Of a stretch of 32,000 bases of DNA, positions 1-8,509 are shown one piece after another. The notes under the pieces were generated by a model that saw only the letters and a program-made list of their open reading frames with translations, was not told the origin of the DNA and made no database searches. Both the position numbers and the translations under genes were made by a program. This stretch comes from Cupriavidus necator. GTDB lineage: Bacteria; Pseudomonadota; Gammaproteobacteria; Burkholderiales; Burkholderiaceae. The DNA lies in the NCBI RefSeq assembly GCF_016127575.1, contig NZ_CP066019.1:750001-782000 (forward strand). The letters run 5' to 3'. Position 1 is the first letter of the stretch, and each line of letters begins with the position of its first letter.

Positions 1-405
1 GTGGAATTTGGCGAGACCGGCACGCTGTGGCTGCGCCTGGCGATTCCGTACCGCGCCAGCGTCGGCCCCGGCGGCCCGTTCGGCATCGTCGGCATGGCCA
101 CGCCGGTGGATGAAGACCACTGCATGGTGTTCTTCTGGCGTACCCGCCACGTGCAGGGCTGGGAGCGCGACGTGTGGCGCTTCCTGTACCGCAACCGCCT
201 GGAGCAGCTGCACTGGGACGTGCTGGAGCAGGACCGCGTGGTGCTGGAAATGATGGCCCCGAACGCGCGCGACCACGAGATGCTGTACCAGCACGACGCC
301 GGCATTACCCGCGTGCGCCGCCTGCTCAAGCGCCGCGCCGAGCAGGAAGTGGCCGACGAGCCCGTCGCCATGCTGCAACCCGCCGGAGCCGCCAGCCATG
401 CCTGA
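1..405 (+). CDS. C-terminal fragment of an aromatic-ring-hydroxylating (Rieske-type, phthalate/VanA-like family) oxygenase alpha subunit; the 5' end lies outside the window
   Basis: Frame 1 is open from base 1 to TGA at 403-405. The translation (PVDEDHCMVFFW..., WDVLEQDRVVLE) resembles the C-terminal catalytic domain of class IA oxygenase alpha subunits. The Rieske domain itself is not in the window. The stop overlaps the next start (ATGCCTGA). Confidence 0.6.
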   Translation: MEFGETGTLWLRLAIPYRASVGPGGPFGIVGMATPVDEDHCMVFFWRTRHVQGWERDVWRFLYRNRLEQLHWDVLEQDRVVLEMMAPNARDHEMLYQHDAGITRVRRLLKRRAEQEVADEPVAMLQPAGAASHA

Positions 406-1171
406 GGCAAACACCAACAACACGCTGCTGGCCGGGCGCAAGGTGCTGGTCACCGGCGCCGCGCGCGGACTGGGCCTGGCCTTCGTCAAGGCGCTGGCCG
501 AAGCCGGCGCCACCGTGGCCATGGCCGACATCCTGGCCGAGCGCCTGCAGCAGGAAGCCGACGCCCTGCGCGCCCGCGGCCTGAAGGTGGTGCCGGTCAC
601 GCTGGACCTGTCCGATCCGGCCTCGGTGCAGGCTTGCGCCGAGGCCGCGGTCAAGGCGCTGGGCGGGCTCGACGGCCTGGTCAACAACGCCGCCGTGACG
701 GATTCCGGCGGCCGTGACGCCGCCGCCATCGACATCGCCACCTGGGACCGCGTGATGAACGTCAACGTGCGCGGCACCTGGCTGATGACCACCGCCTGCC
801 TGCCGGCGCTGCGCGCCAGCGGCCGCGGCGCCATCGTCAACCTGGCTTCGGACACGCCGCTGTGGGGCGCGCCCAACCTGCTTGCCTACGTGGCGAGCAA
901 GAGCGCCATCATCGGCATGACCCGTTCGCTGGCGCGTGAACTGGGCAAGGACCAGATCACGGTGAACGCCGTGGCCCCGGGCCTGACGCTGGTGGAAGCC
1001 ACCGAATACGTGCCGCAGCACCGGCACGACCTGTACCGCGAGCAGCGCGCGATCACGCGCGAGCAACTGCCCGACGATGTTTGCGGCGCGGTGCTGTTTG
1101 CACTGTCCGACCTCGCCCGTTTCGTGACCGGCCAGACGCTGGCGGTCAACGGCGGCTTTGTCATGCATTGA
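398..1171 (+). CDS. Short-chain dehydrogenase/reductase (SDR) family oxidoreductase
   Basis: 257 aa. N-terminal cofactor motif TGAARGLG, NNAA, catalytic YVASKSA (YxxxK). 8-nt overlap with the upstream gene. Confidence 0.9.
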   Translation: MPEANTNNTLLAGRKVLVTGAARGLGLAFVKALAEAGATVAMADILAERLQQEADALRARGLKVVPVTLDLSDPASVQACAEAAVKALGGLDGLVNNAAVTDSGGRDAAAIDIATWDRVMNVNVRGTWLMTTACLPALRASGRGAIVNLASDTPLWGAPNLLAYVASKSAIIGMTRSLARELGKDQITVNAVAPGLTLVEATEYVPQHRHDLYREQRAITREQLPDDVCGAVLFALSDLARFVTGQTLAVNGGFVMH

Positions 1172-1205
1172 TCCAACCGATCCACTGAAAACAGAAGGAA
1201 TCCAA

Positions 1206-1742
1206 ATGAGCGATCTTTCTCAACCGCAAAACATCAAGCGTTCCTGGGACCAGCCGGAGAACGCTTCGTTCGACCAATGGATGGAAAGCCGCGTGGCGCG
1301 CTTCTCCACGCGCAAGTACGACTGGGACGCGCTGAAGTTCCAGGCCGACTACGACCCCAAGTACCGCCGCGCGCAGATGCGCTACCTGGGCACCGGCGGC
1401 ACCGGCGTGGCCGCCGACACCAACACCGTGCCGAGCGAGCATTTCACCTTCTCCACCATGATCATCCCGGCCGGCCATGAAGGCCCGTCGCATATCCACA
1501 CCGACGTGGAAGAGGTGTTCTTCATCCTGCGCGGCAAGGTCAAGCTGATCTTGGAAAAGGACGGCGAGCGCTACGAGACCATCCTGACCGACCGCGACCT
1601 GGTCTCGGTGCCGCCGGGCGTCTACCGCGAGGAAATCAACATCGGCGAGGAAGACGCGCTGATGTGCGTGATGCTGGGCGCGAAGAAGCCGATCACGCCG
1701 ACCTACCCGCCCGAGCATCCGCTGACGAAGATCAAGCGCTGA
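1206..1742 (+). CDS. Cupin-domain protein (about 178 aa)
   Basis: ATG at 1206 is preceded by GAAGGAA (1194-1200). Cupin motif 1-like GHEGPSHIHTDVEEVFFILRG and motif 2-like VPPGVYREEIN. The 1158 start in the ORF track lacks an RBS. Confidence 0.75.
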   Translation: MSDLSQPQNIKRSWDQPENASFDQWMESRVARFSTRKYDWDALKFQADYDPKYRRAQMRYLGTGGTGVAADTNTVPSEHFTFSTMIIPAGHEGPSHIHTDVEEVFFILRGKVKLILEKDGERYETILTDRDLVSVPPGVYREEINIGEEDALMCVMLGAKKPITPTYPPEHPLTKIKR

Positions 1743-2635
1743 TGCCGGCGAACGTCCGTCAGCACGCATCCACCGAAGCCATGAGCAGCAACCCCATCCC
1801 GGCCACGTCCGCCGCCAGCGAAACCCCGGACAAGTACATCGTCCCGGGCCTGGAGCGCGGCCTGCGCCTGCTGAGCGAGTTCAGCAGCAAGGACCGCACC
1901 ATGTCGGCAGCGGAACTGGCGCGCCGCCTGAAGGTGCCGCGCTCGACCGTGTTCCGCCTGCTGGCCACGCTGGAAATGCTGGGCTTTGTCGAGCGCGCCG
2001 ATGGCGGCCGGGATTTCCGGCTGGGCATGGCCGTGCTGCGCCTGGGGTTTGAATACCTGGCGTCGCTGGAGCTGACCGAGCTGGGCCGCCCGCTGCTGGA
2101 GCGGCTGCGCGACGAGATCGGCTATCCCAGCAACCTGGTGGTGCGCGACGGGCGTTCGATCGTCTACGTGGCCAAGGCGGTGTCGCCGCGGCCGTTTGCC
2201 AGCTCGGTCAACGTCGGCACGCGCCTGCCCGCGCATGCCACGGTGCTGGGGCGCGTGCTGCTGGAAGACCTGTCGCTGGCGGAGCTGCGCACGCTGTACC
2301 CGGAGACGCAGCTTGCGGTGTTTTCCGAGAGCACGCCGCGCACCGTCGACGAGCTGCACGAGATCGTGCAGCGCGACCGCGAGCGCGGCTACGTGCTGCA
2401 GGAAGGCTTTTTCGAAGCCAGCATTTCCACCATCGCCGCGCCCGTGCGCGACCGCACCGGCAAGGTGGTGGCGGCGTTGGGCGCCACCATCCCCGCCGCG
2501 CATATCGATCCGGCGCAACTGGATGCGATGGTGGAGAAGGTCAGGGATACCGCGGGCGAGTTGTCGCGCCTGCTCGACTACCGCCCGTCGCTGCGCAGCA
2601 GCGGCGCCAAGGTGGTGAATCTGTATCGGGAGTGA
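1742..2635 (+). CDS. IclR-family transcriptional regulator (paralog A), embedded in the operon
   Basis: wHTH segment SAAELARRLKVPRSTVFRLLATLEMLGFV followed by an IclR effector domain. ATG at 1742 overlaps the cupin stop (TGATG). An alternative ATG at 1781 (MSSNPIP) is possible. Confidence 0.88.
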   Translation: MPANVRQHASTEAMSSNPIPATSAASETPDKYIVPGLERGLRLLSEFSSKDRTMSAAELARRLKVPRSTVFRLLATLEMLGFVERADGGRDFRLGMAVLRLGFEYLASLELTELGRPLLERLRDEIGYPSNLVVRDGRSIVYVAKAVSPRPFASSVNVGTRLPAHATVLGRVLLEDLSLAELRTLYPETQLAVFSESTPRTVDELHEIVQRDRERGYVLQEGFFEASISTIAAPVRDRTGKVVAALGATIPAAHIDPAQLDAMVEKVRDTAGELSRLLDYRPSLRSSGAKVVNLYRE

Positions 2636-2640
2636 GGACA

Positions 2641-3444
2641 ATGTCCATGATTGAACTCGGCGGCAAGGTTGCCGTCGTCACCGGCGGGTCCTCCGGCATC
2701 GGGCTGGCGACCGTCGAGCTGCTGCTCGAAGCGGGCGCCGCCGTGGCCATGTGCGGCCGCGACGAGAACCGACTGCGCAGCGCCGAAGCGCAGCTGCGCG
2801 AGAAATTCCCCGGGTGCCGGCTCCATGCCGCCACCTGCGACGTGCTCAAGCCTGAACAGGTCGCCGCCTTTGCCGCTGCCGTGCAGGCCACGCTGGGCAA
2901 CGTCGACATGCTGGTCAACAACGCCGGCCAGGGCCGTGTCTCCACCTTCGCCAACACCGAGGACGCGGCCTGGATGGAAGAACTGCAGCTCAAGTTCTTC
3001 TCCGTGATCCACCCGACGCGCGCGTTCCTGCCGCAGCTTGAGAAGTCAGGCCAGGGCGCCATCGTCTGCGTCAACTCGCTGCTGGCGCAGCAGCCGGAGC
3101 CGCACATGGTGGCGACTTCCGCCGCGCGTGCCGGCGTGCTCAACCTGGTGCGCTCGATGGCCACCGAGTTTGCGCCCAAGGGCGTCCGCGTCAACGGCAT
3201 CCTGATCGGCCTGGTCGAATCGGGCCAGTGGCGCCGCCGCTTCGAGGCGCGCCCTGAAGCAGACCGCCACCTGGACTGGGCCGCATGGACCGCGCGCCTG
3301 GCCCAGCAGAAACATATTCCCCTTGGCCGCCTGGGCCTGCCGGTCGAGGCAGCCCGCGCCATCCTGTTCCTTGCCTCGCCGTTGTCTTCGTACACCACGG
3401 GCAGCCATATCGATATCTCCGGAGGACACTCCCGTCATGCCTAA
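2641..3444 (+). CDS. SDR family oxidoreductase
   Basis: VTGGSSGIG cofactor motif, NNAG, SDR fold length. ATG at 2641 is preceded by GGGAG. The GTG at 2632 is less likely. Confidence 0.9.
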   Translation: MSMIELGGKVAVVTGGSSGIGLATVELLLEAGAAVAMCGRDENRLRSAEAQLREKFPGCRLHAATCDVLKPEQVAAFAAAVQATLGNVDMLVNNAGQGRVSTFANTEDAAWMEELQLKFFSVIHPTRAFLPQLEKSGQGAIVCVNSLLAQQPEPHMVATSAARAGVLNLVRSMATEFAPKGVRVNGILIGLVESGQWRRRFEARPEADRHLDWAAWTARLAQQKHIPLGRLGLPVEAARAILFLASPLSSYTTGSHIDISGGHSRHA

Positions 3445-5152
3445 TCAACAACAGTACGAGCAACAGCAGGTCACCGTCGGTTGCGCCATCACGGCGTTTC
3501 TCGAGCAGTGCGGCGTCAAGGCCGCCTTCGGCGTGATCTCGATCCACAATATGCCGATCCTCGACGCCATGGGCGAGCGCGGCAAGATCCGCTTCGTGCC
3601 GGCGCGCGGCGAAGCGGGCGGCACCAATATGGCCGATGCCTATGCCCGCACCACCGGTGGCCTGGGCGTGTGCCTGACCAGCACCGGCACCGCCGCGGGC
3701 AACGCCGCCGGCGCCATGGTCGAAGCGCTGACCGCCGGCACGCCGATGCTGCATATCACCGGCCAGATCGAAACGCCTTACCTGGACCAGAGCCTCGCCT
3801 ACATCCACGAAGCGCCGGACCAGCTCACCATGCTCAAGGCCGTGTCCAAGGCCGCCTTCCGCATCCGCAGCGCCGACACCGCCATCAGCACCATCAAGCT
3901 GGCCGTGCAGACCGCACTGACGGCGCCGACCGGCCCGGTCAGCGTGGAGATCCCCATCGACATCCAGGCCGCGCTGATCGAGATGCCGGCCGACCTGCAG
4001 CCGCTGCCGGTGCCGCAGCACGTGCCGTCGGCACATGCGCTGGACGCGCTGGCCGAGCGCCTGGCCAAGGCCAAGCGCCCGCTGCTGTGGCTGGGCGGCG
4101 GTGCGCGCCACGCCAGCAAGCAGGTGCAGCGCCTGCTGGACCTGGGCTTCGGCGTGGTCACCAGCACGCAAGGCCGCGGCATCGTGCCGGAAGACGATCC
4201 CCGTTCGCTGGGCGCCTACAACCTGCATAAGCCGGTCGAGGCCTTCTACCAGACCTGCGACGCGATGCTGGTGGTGGGCTCGCGCCTGCGCGGCAATGAA
4301 ACCCTGAAGTACGAACTGAAGCTGCCGCGCCCGCTGCTGCGCATCGACGCCGACCCGGCCGCCGAAGGCCGCTGCTACCTGAGCGACTACTTTGTCAGCG
4401 GCGACGCCGCGCTGGCGCTGGACGCCCTGGCGGATCGGCTTGAAAAGCGCATGCAGATCGACCCGGCCTTCGCCGCCGACCTGCGCCGCGCCCATGACAC
4501 CGCCGTCAACAGCCTGGTCGACGGCCTGGGCCCGTACTCGGCGCTGGTGCAGGCGCTGCAGGGCGCGGTCGGCCGCAGCTTCAACTGGGTGCGCGACGTG
4601 ACCGTGTCGAACAGCACCTGGGGCAACCGCCATCTGCGCATCTTCGATTCGCGTGCCGGCGTGCATGCGCTGGGCGGCGGCATCGGCCAGGGCCTGGCGA
4701 TGGGCATCGGCGCCGCGATCGGTGCTGCGGCGACCGCTTCGGGCAAGAAGACCTTCACGCTGGCCGGCGACGGCGGTTTTATCCTGAACCTGGGCGAACT
4801 GGCCACCGCGGTGCAGGAACGCGCCGACATGGTGATCGTGCTGATGAACGACAAGGGCTACGGCGTGATCAAGAACATCCAGGACGCCCAGTACGGCGGC
4901 CGCCGCCACTACGTGGACCTGCATACCCCGGACTACGCCACGCTGGCCAAGTCGCTGTCGCTGCGCCATGCGCGCGTGAGCAACCTGGCCGAGGTCGGCG
5001 CCGCGCTGGAAGCGGCCACGGTCGAGTCGGGCCCGTTCCTGCTGGAGATCGACATGCTGTCGATCGGTTCCTTCAAGACCATCTTCGCCGGCCCCCCGGT
5101 GAACAAGGACAACGAAGAGCCGGCGCGCGAACAAACCACTGTCACCGCCTGA
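3437..5152 (+). CDS. Thiamine-diphosphate-dependent enzyme (acetolactate synthase / benzoylformate decarboxylase superfamily), 571 aa
   Basis: N-terminal PYR domain (GVISIHNMPILDAM, ARGEAGGTNMADAYAR). C-terminal ThDP motif GDGGFILNLGELATAVQERADMVIVLMNDKGYG. ATG at 3437 overlaps the SDR stop (ATGCCTAA). The upstream extension to 3323 lies inside the SDR gene. Confidence 0.9.
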   Translation: MPNQQQYEQQQVTVGCAITAFLEQCGVKAAFGVISIHNMPILDAMGERGKIRFVPARGEAGGTNMADAYARTTGGLGVCLTSTGTAAGNAAGAMVEALTAGTPMLHITGQIETPYLDQSLAYIHEAPDQLTMLKAVSKAAFRIRSADTAISTIKLAVQTALTAPTGPVSVEIPIDIQAALIEMPADLQPLPVPQHVPSAHALDALAERLAKAKRPLLWLGGGARHASKQVQRLLDLGFGVVTSTQGRGIVPEDDPRSLGAYNLHKPVEAFYQTCDAMLVVGSRLRGNETLKYELKLPRPLLRIDADPAAEGRCYLSDYFVSGDAALALDALADRLEKRMQIDPAFAADLRRAHDTAVNSLVDGLGPYSALVQALQGAVGRSFNWVRDVTVSNSTWGNRHLRIFDSRAGVHALGGGIGQGLAMGIGAAIGAAATASGKKTFTLAGDGGFILNLGELATAVQERADMVIVLMNDKGYGVIKNIQDAQYGGRRHYVDLHTPDYATLAKSLSLRHARVSNLAEVGAALEAATVESGPFLLEIDMLSIGSFKTIFAGPPVNKDNEEPAREQTTVTA

Positions 5153-5164
5153 GGGAGACCGGAG

Positions 5165-5965
5165 ATGCTGCATGTGTCCATGGTTGGCTGCGGCGCGATC
5201 GGCCGCGGCGTGATGGAATTGCTCAAGAGCGATCCCGAGGTGGTGTTCGACGTGGTGATCGTGCCGGAGCACACGATGGACGAGGCCCGCGACGCGGTCA
5301 CCGCGCTGGCGCCGGGCGCCCGCGTGGCGACGCACCTGGACGACCAGCGTCCCGACCTGCTGGTCGAGTGCGCCGGCCACCATGCGCTGGAAGAGCACAT
5401 CGTGCCGGCGCTGGAACGCGGCATCCCGTGCATGGTGGTGTCGGTGGGCGCGCTGTCCGAGCCCGGCATGGCCGAGCGGCTGGAAGCGGCCGCGCGCCGC
5501 GGCGGCACCCAGGTGCAGCTGTTGTCAGGTGCGATCGGCGCGATCGATGCGCTGGCCGCGGCGCGTGTCGGCGGGCTGGACGAAGTCATCTACACCGGCC
5601 GCAAGCCGGCTCGCGCCTGGGCCGGCACGCCGGCCGAGCAGCTCTTCGACCTGGATGCGCTGACCGAGGCGACCGTGATCTTCGAAGGCACGGCCCGCGA
5701 CGCGGCGCGTCTGTATCCCAAGAACGCCAACGTGGCCGCCACGGTGTCGCTGGCAGGCTTGGGGCTGGACCGCACCTCGGTCAAGCTGCTGGCCGACCCG
5801 CATGCGGTGGAGAACGTGCACCACGTGGAAGCGCGCGGCGCCTTCGGCGGCTTCGAGCTGACGATGCGCGGCAAGCCGCTGGCGGCCAATCCCAAGACTT
5901 CCGCGCTGACCGTGTTCAGCGTGGTGCGCGCACTGGGAAACCGGGCGCACGCGGTATCGATCTAG
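5165..5965 (+). CDS. L-aspartate dehydrogenase family protein (NadX-like, DUF108), 266 aa
   Basis: MLHVSMVGCGAIGRGV Rossmann start. The C-terminal half (LYPKNANVAATVSLAGLGLD, GKPLAANPKTSALTVFSVVRALGN) matches my recollection of characterised Pseudomonas/Ralstonia AspDH sequences. GAGGGAG RBS upstream. Confidence 0.88.
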   Translation: MLHVSMVGCGAIGRGVMELLKSDPEVVFDVVIVPEHTMDEARDAVTALAPGARVATHLDDQRPDLLVECAGHHALEEHIVPALERGIPCMVVSVGALSEPGMAERLEAAARRGGTQVQLLSGAIGAIDALAAARVGGLDEVIYTGRKPARAWAGTPAEQLFDLDALTEATVIFEGTARDAARLYPKNANVAATVSLAGLGLDRTSVKLLADPHAVENVHHVEARGAFGGFELTMRGKPLAANPKTSALTVFSVVRALGNRAHAVSI

Positions 5966-6006
5966 TCCCGGCAGCCAACGCCCCACAGACTTAGCAGGCA
6001 ACGACA

Positions 6007-7485
6007 ATGAAGACGCAAGAAGTACTCCCCATCTGCATCGCGGGCGAATGGCGCCTGGGGACCGGCGACCGCTATGGCACCCGCTATCCGGCTACCGGCG
6101 AAGTGGTGGCAGAACTGAACGCCGCCAGCCTGGCGGACGTGGAAGAAGCGGTGCAGGGCGCCCATCAGGCCTTCCTCACCAGCGGCTGGGCCCAACGCAA
6201 GCCGCATGAGCGCGCCGCCGTGCTGTACCGCGTGGCCGAGCTGATCCGCGCCCAGGGCGAGCAGCTGGCCCAGCGCCAGCGCCTGGACAACGGCAAGCCG
6301 ATCAGCGAGACGCGCGCCCTGGTGGCCAGCGCCGCCGGCACCTTCCAGTTCTTTGCCGCCGCCTGCGAGACGCTGGAAGAAACCATCACGCCGCAGCGCG
6401 GCGACTGCCTGACCATGAGCGTGTACGAGCCGATGGGCGTGGTTGCGGCGATCACGCCGTGGAACTCGCCGATCGCCAGCGAGGCGCAGAAGATGGCGCC
6501 CGCGCTCGCCGCCGGCAACGCCGTGGTGGTCAAGCCCGCCGAGGTCACGCCGCTGATGGCGCTGGAGCTGGCGCGCATCTGCGAAGAGGCCGGCGTGCCC
6601 AAGGGCCTGCTCAGCGTGCTGCCCGGCAAGGGTTCGGTCATCGGCGACGCCATCACCAAGCATCCGCTGGTGCGCCGCGTGTCGTTCACCGGCGGCACCA
6701 CCACCGGCAAGCACATCGCCCATATCGCCGCCGACAAGATGATGCCGGTGTCGCTGGAACTGGGCGGCAAGTCGCCGACCATGGTGTTCGACGATGCCGA
6801 CCTGGACCACGCGGTCAACGGCGTGCTGTACGGCATCTTCAGCTCGTCGGGCGAGTCGTGCATCGCCGGCTCGCGCCTGTTCGTGGCGCGCTCGCAGTAC
6901 GAGGCCTTTATCGACCGCCTGGCCGCGGGCGCCGCGCACCTGCGCGTGGGCGACCCCGCCGACGAGCGTACCCAGATGGGCCCGCTGATTACCGACCGCC
7001 ACCGCGACAGCATCGAGTCGTACGTGGCCGCCGGCGTGGAAGAGGGCGGCCAGCTGCGCACCGGCGGCCTGCGCCCAGACGTGGCCGGCCTGCCCAACGG
7101 CTATTTCTACACGCCGACCATCATCGAAGGGCTGGATAACAACGCCCGCATCTGCCAGGAAGAGATCTTCGGGCCGGTGCTGGTCGCAATCCCGTTCGAC
7201 GACGAGGATGACCTGATCGCGCAGGCCAACGACAGCGTCTATGCGCTTGCCGCGGGCATCTGGACGCGCGACTACAAGCGCGCCTGGCGCGTGGCACGCG
7301 CCGTGCAGGCGGGCAATGTGTGGATCAACACCTACAAGCAATTCTCGATCGCGACGCCGTTCGGCGGCTGGCGCGACAGCGGCCTGGGCCGCGAGAAGGG
7401 GCGGCTTGGCATCCTGCAGTACATGGAGCAGAAGAGCGTGTACTGGGGTCTGAACGAACAACCGCTGCCGTGGGCCAACCACTGA
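6007..7485 (+). CDS. NAD(P)-dependent aldehyde dehydrogenase, 492 aa
   Basis: ALDH signatures: ELGGKSP (catalytic Glu) and GESCIAGSR (catalytic Cys). Typical length. Confidence 0.93.
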   Translation: MKTQEVLPICIAGEWRLGTGDRYGTRYPATGEVVAELNAASLADVEEAVQGAHQAFLTSGWAQRKPHERAAVLYRVAELIRAQGEQLAQRQRLDNGKPISETRALVASAAGTFQFFAAACETLEETITPQRGDCLTMSVYEPMGVVAAITPWNSPIASEAQKMAPALAAGNAVVVKPAEVTPLMALELARICEEAGVPKGLLSVLPGKGSVIGDAITKHPLVRRVSFTGGTTTGKHIAHIAADKMMPVSLELGGKSPTMVFDDADLDHAVNGVLYGIFSSSGESCIAGSRLFVARSQYEAFIDRLAAGAAHLRVGDPADERTQMGPLITDRHRDSIESYVAAGVEEGGQLRTGGLRPDVAGLPNGYFYTPTIIEGLDNNARICQEEIFGPVLVAIPFDDEDDLIAQANDSVYALAAGIWTRDYKRAWRVARAVQAGNVWINTYKQFSIATPFGGWRDSGLGREKGRLGILQYMEQKSVYWGLNEQPLPWANH

Positions 7486-7508
7486 ACCCGGCAGGCTGGA
7501 GAGAAGCA

Positions 7509-8483
7509 ATGATCAAGGTATTGGGGATCGACGAGATCGTCTACGGCGCGGATGACTTTGACGCCTGCCGTGGCTTTTTCACCGACTGGGGCCTGGCCAT
7601 CAAGCGCGACGATGCGCAGGGCCTGGATTTTGAAACGCTGAACGGCTGCCGCGTGCTGGTGCGCCGCATCGACGATGCCACGCTGCCGCCCGCGATCGAG
7701 GCCGGCCCGACGCTGCGCGAAGTGGTGTGGGGCGTCGAGTCACAGGCCTCGCTGGACCAGCTCGCCAAGGCAATCGCTGATGCACCGGGCTTCGTGAAGC
7801 AAGGCGAGGGCGATACGCTGCGCGTGGGCTGCACCGATCCGAACGGCCTGGCCGTGCGTTTCCAGGTCACCCGCAAGCATGACGTGCAGGTCGAATGCGC
7901 GCTGATGAACACGTGGAACGACAAGCCGCGCCTGAACCAGCGCAGCCCGATCTACGACCATGCCACCCCGATCGAAGTGGGCCACGTGGTGTTCTTCGTC
8001 AAGGACGTCAAGGCCACTGAGCGCTTCTATGTCGAGAAGTTCGGCTTCGTGCCGTCGGACCGCTACCCGGACCGCGGCGCCTTCCTGCGCTGCACGCCCG
8101 AAGGCGGCCACCACGACCTGTTCCTGCTGCAGCTGCCGGAACCGAAGAGCGGCCTGAATCACGTCGCCTTCACCGTGCGCGACATCCACGAAGTCTTCGG
8201 CGGCGGCATGCATGTCTCGCGCAAGGGCTGGGATACGCAGCTCGGCCCGGGCCGGCACCCGATCTCGTCGGCCTACTTCTGGTACTTCAAGAACCCGGCC
8301 GGCGGCCTGATCGAGTACTACGCCGACGAAGACCAGCTCGACGAACACTGGGAGCCGCGCGCTTTCGAGCCGGGCCCGACCATGTTCGCCGAATGGGCGA
8401 TCGAAGGCGGCATCGACGGCAACACCCGCCGCCAGAAGAACGCGGGCGGACCGGCAGGCAAGTTCCTGACCGAGAAGCGGTAA
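7509..8483 (+). CDS. Two-domain VOC-family protein, type I extradiol ring-cleavage dioxygenase-like, 324 aa
   Basis: ATG at 7509 follows GGAGAG. Candidate metal ligands in the expected order: GHVVFFV, NHVAFTV, and GRHPISSAYFWYFKNPAGGLIEYY. Confidence 0.8.
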   Translation: MIKVLGIDEIVYGADDFDACRGFFTDWGLAIKRDDAQGLDFETLNGCRVLVRRIDDATLPPAIEAGPTLREVVWGVESQASLDQLAKAIADAPGFVKQGEGDTLRVGCTDPNGLAVRFQVTRKHDVQVECALMNTWNDKPRLNQRSPIYDHATPIEVGHVVFFVKDVKATERFYVEKFGFVPSDRYPDRGAFLRCTPEGGHHDLFLLQLPEPKSGLNHVAFTVRDIHEVFGGGMHVSRKGWDTQLGPGRHPISSAYFWYFKNPAGGLIEYYADEDQLDEHWEPRAFEPGPTMFAEWAIEGGIDGNTRRQKNAGGPAGKFLTEKR

Positions 8484-8509
8484 GTCAGCAGCAATCGAAG
8501 GAAGCAGCA

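Noticed and set aside
3191-5398. 735-aa minus-strand ORF antisense to the ThDP-enzyme and AspDH-like genes
   Set aside because: Arg/Gly/Ala/His-rich low-complexity translation with no recognisable motif. This is typical of open antisense frames in GC-rich coding DNA. The plus-strand genes have clear family motifs.
5165-5965. Assigning the aspartate-dehydrogenase-like gene to de novo NAD biosynthesis
   Set aside because: No nadA or nadC is nearby. The gene is packed between a ThDP enzyme and an aldehyde dehydrogenase, which points to a catabolic or other role.
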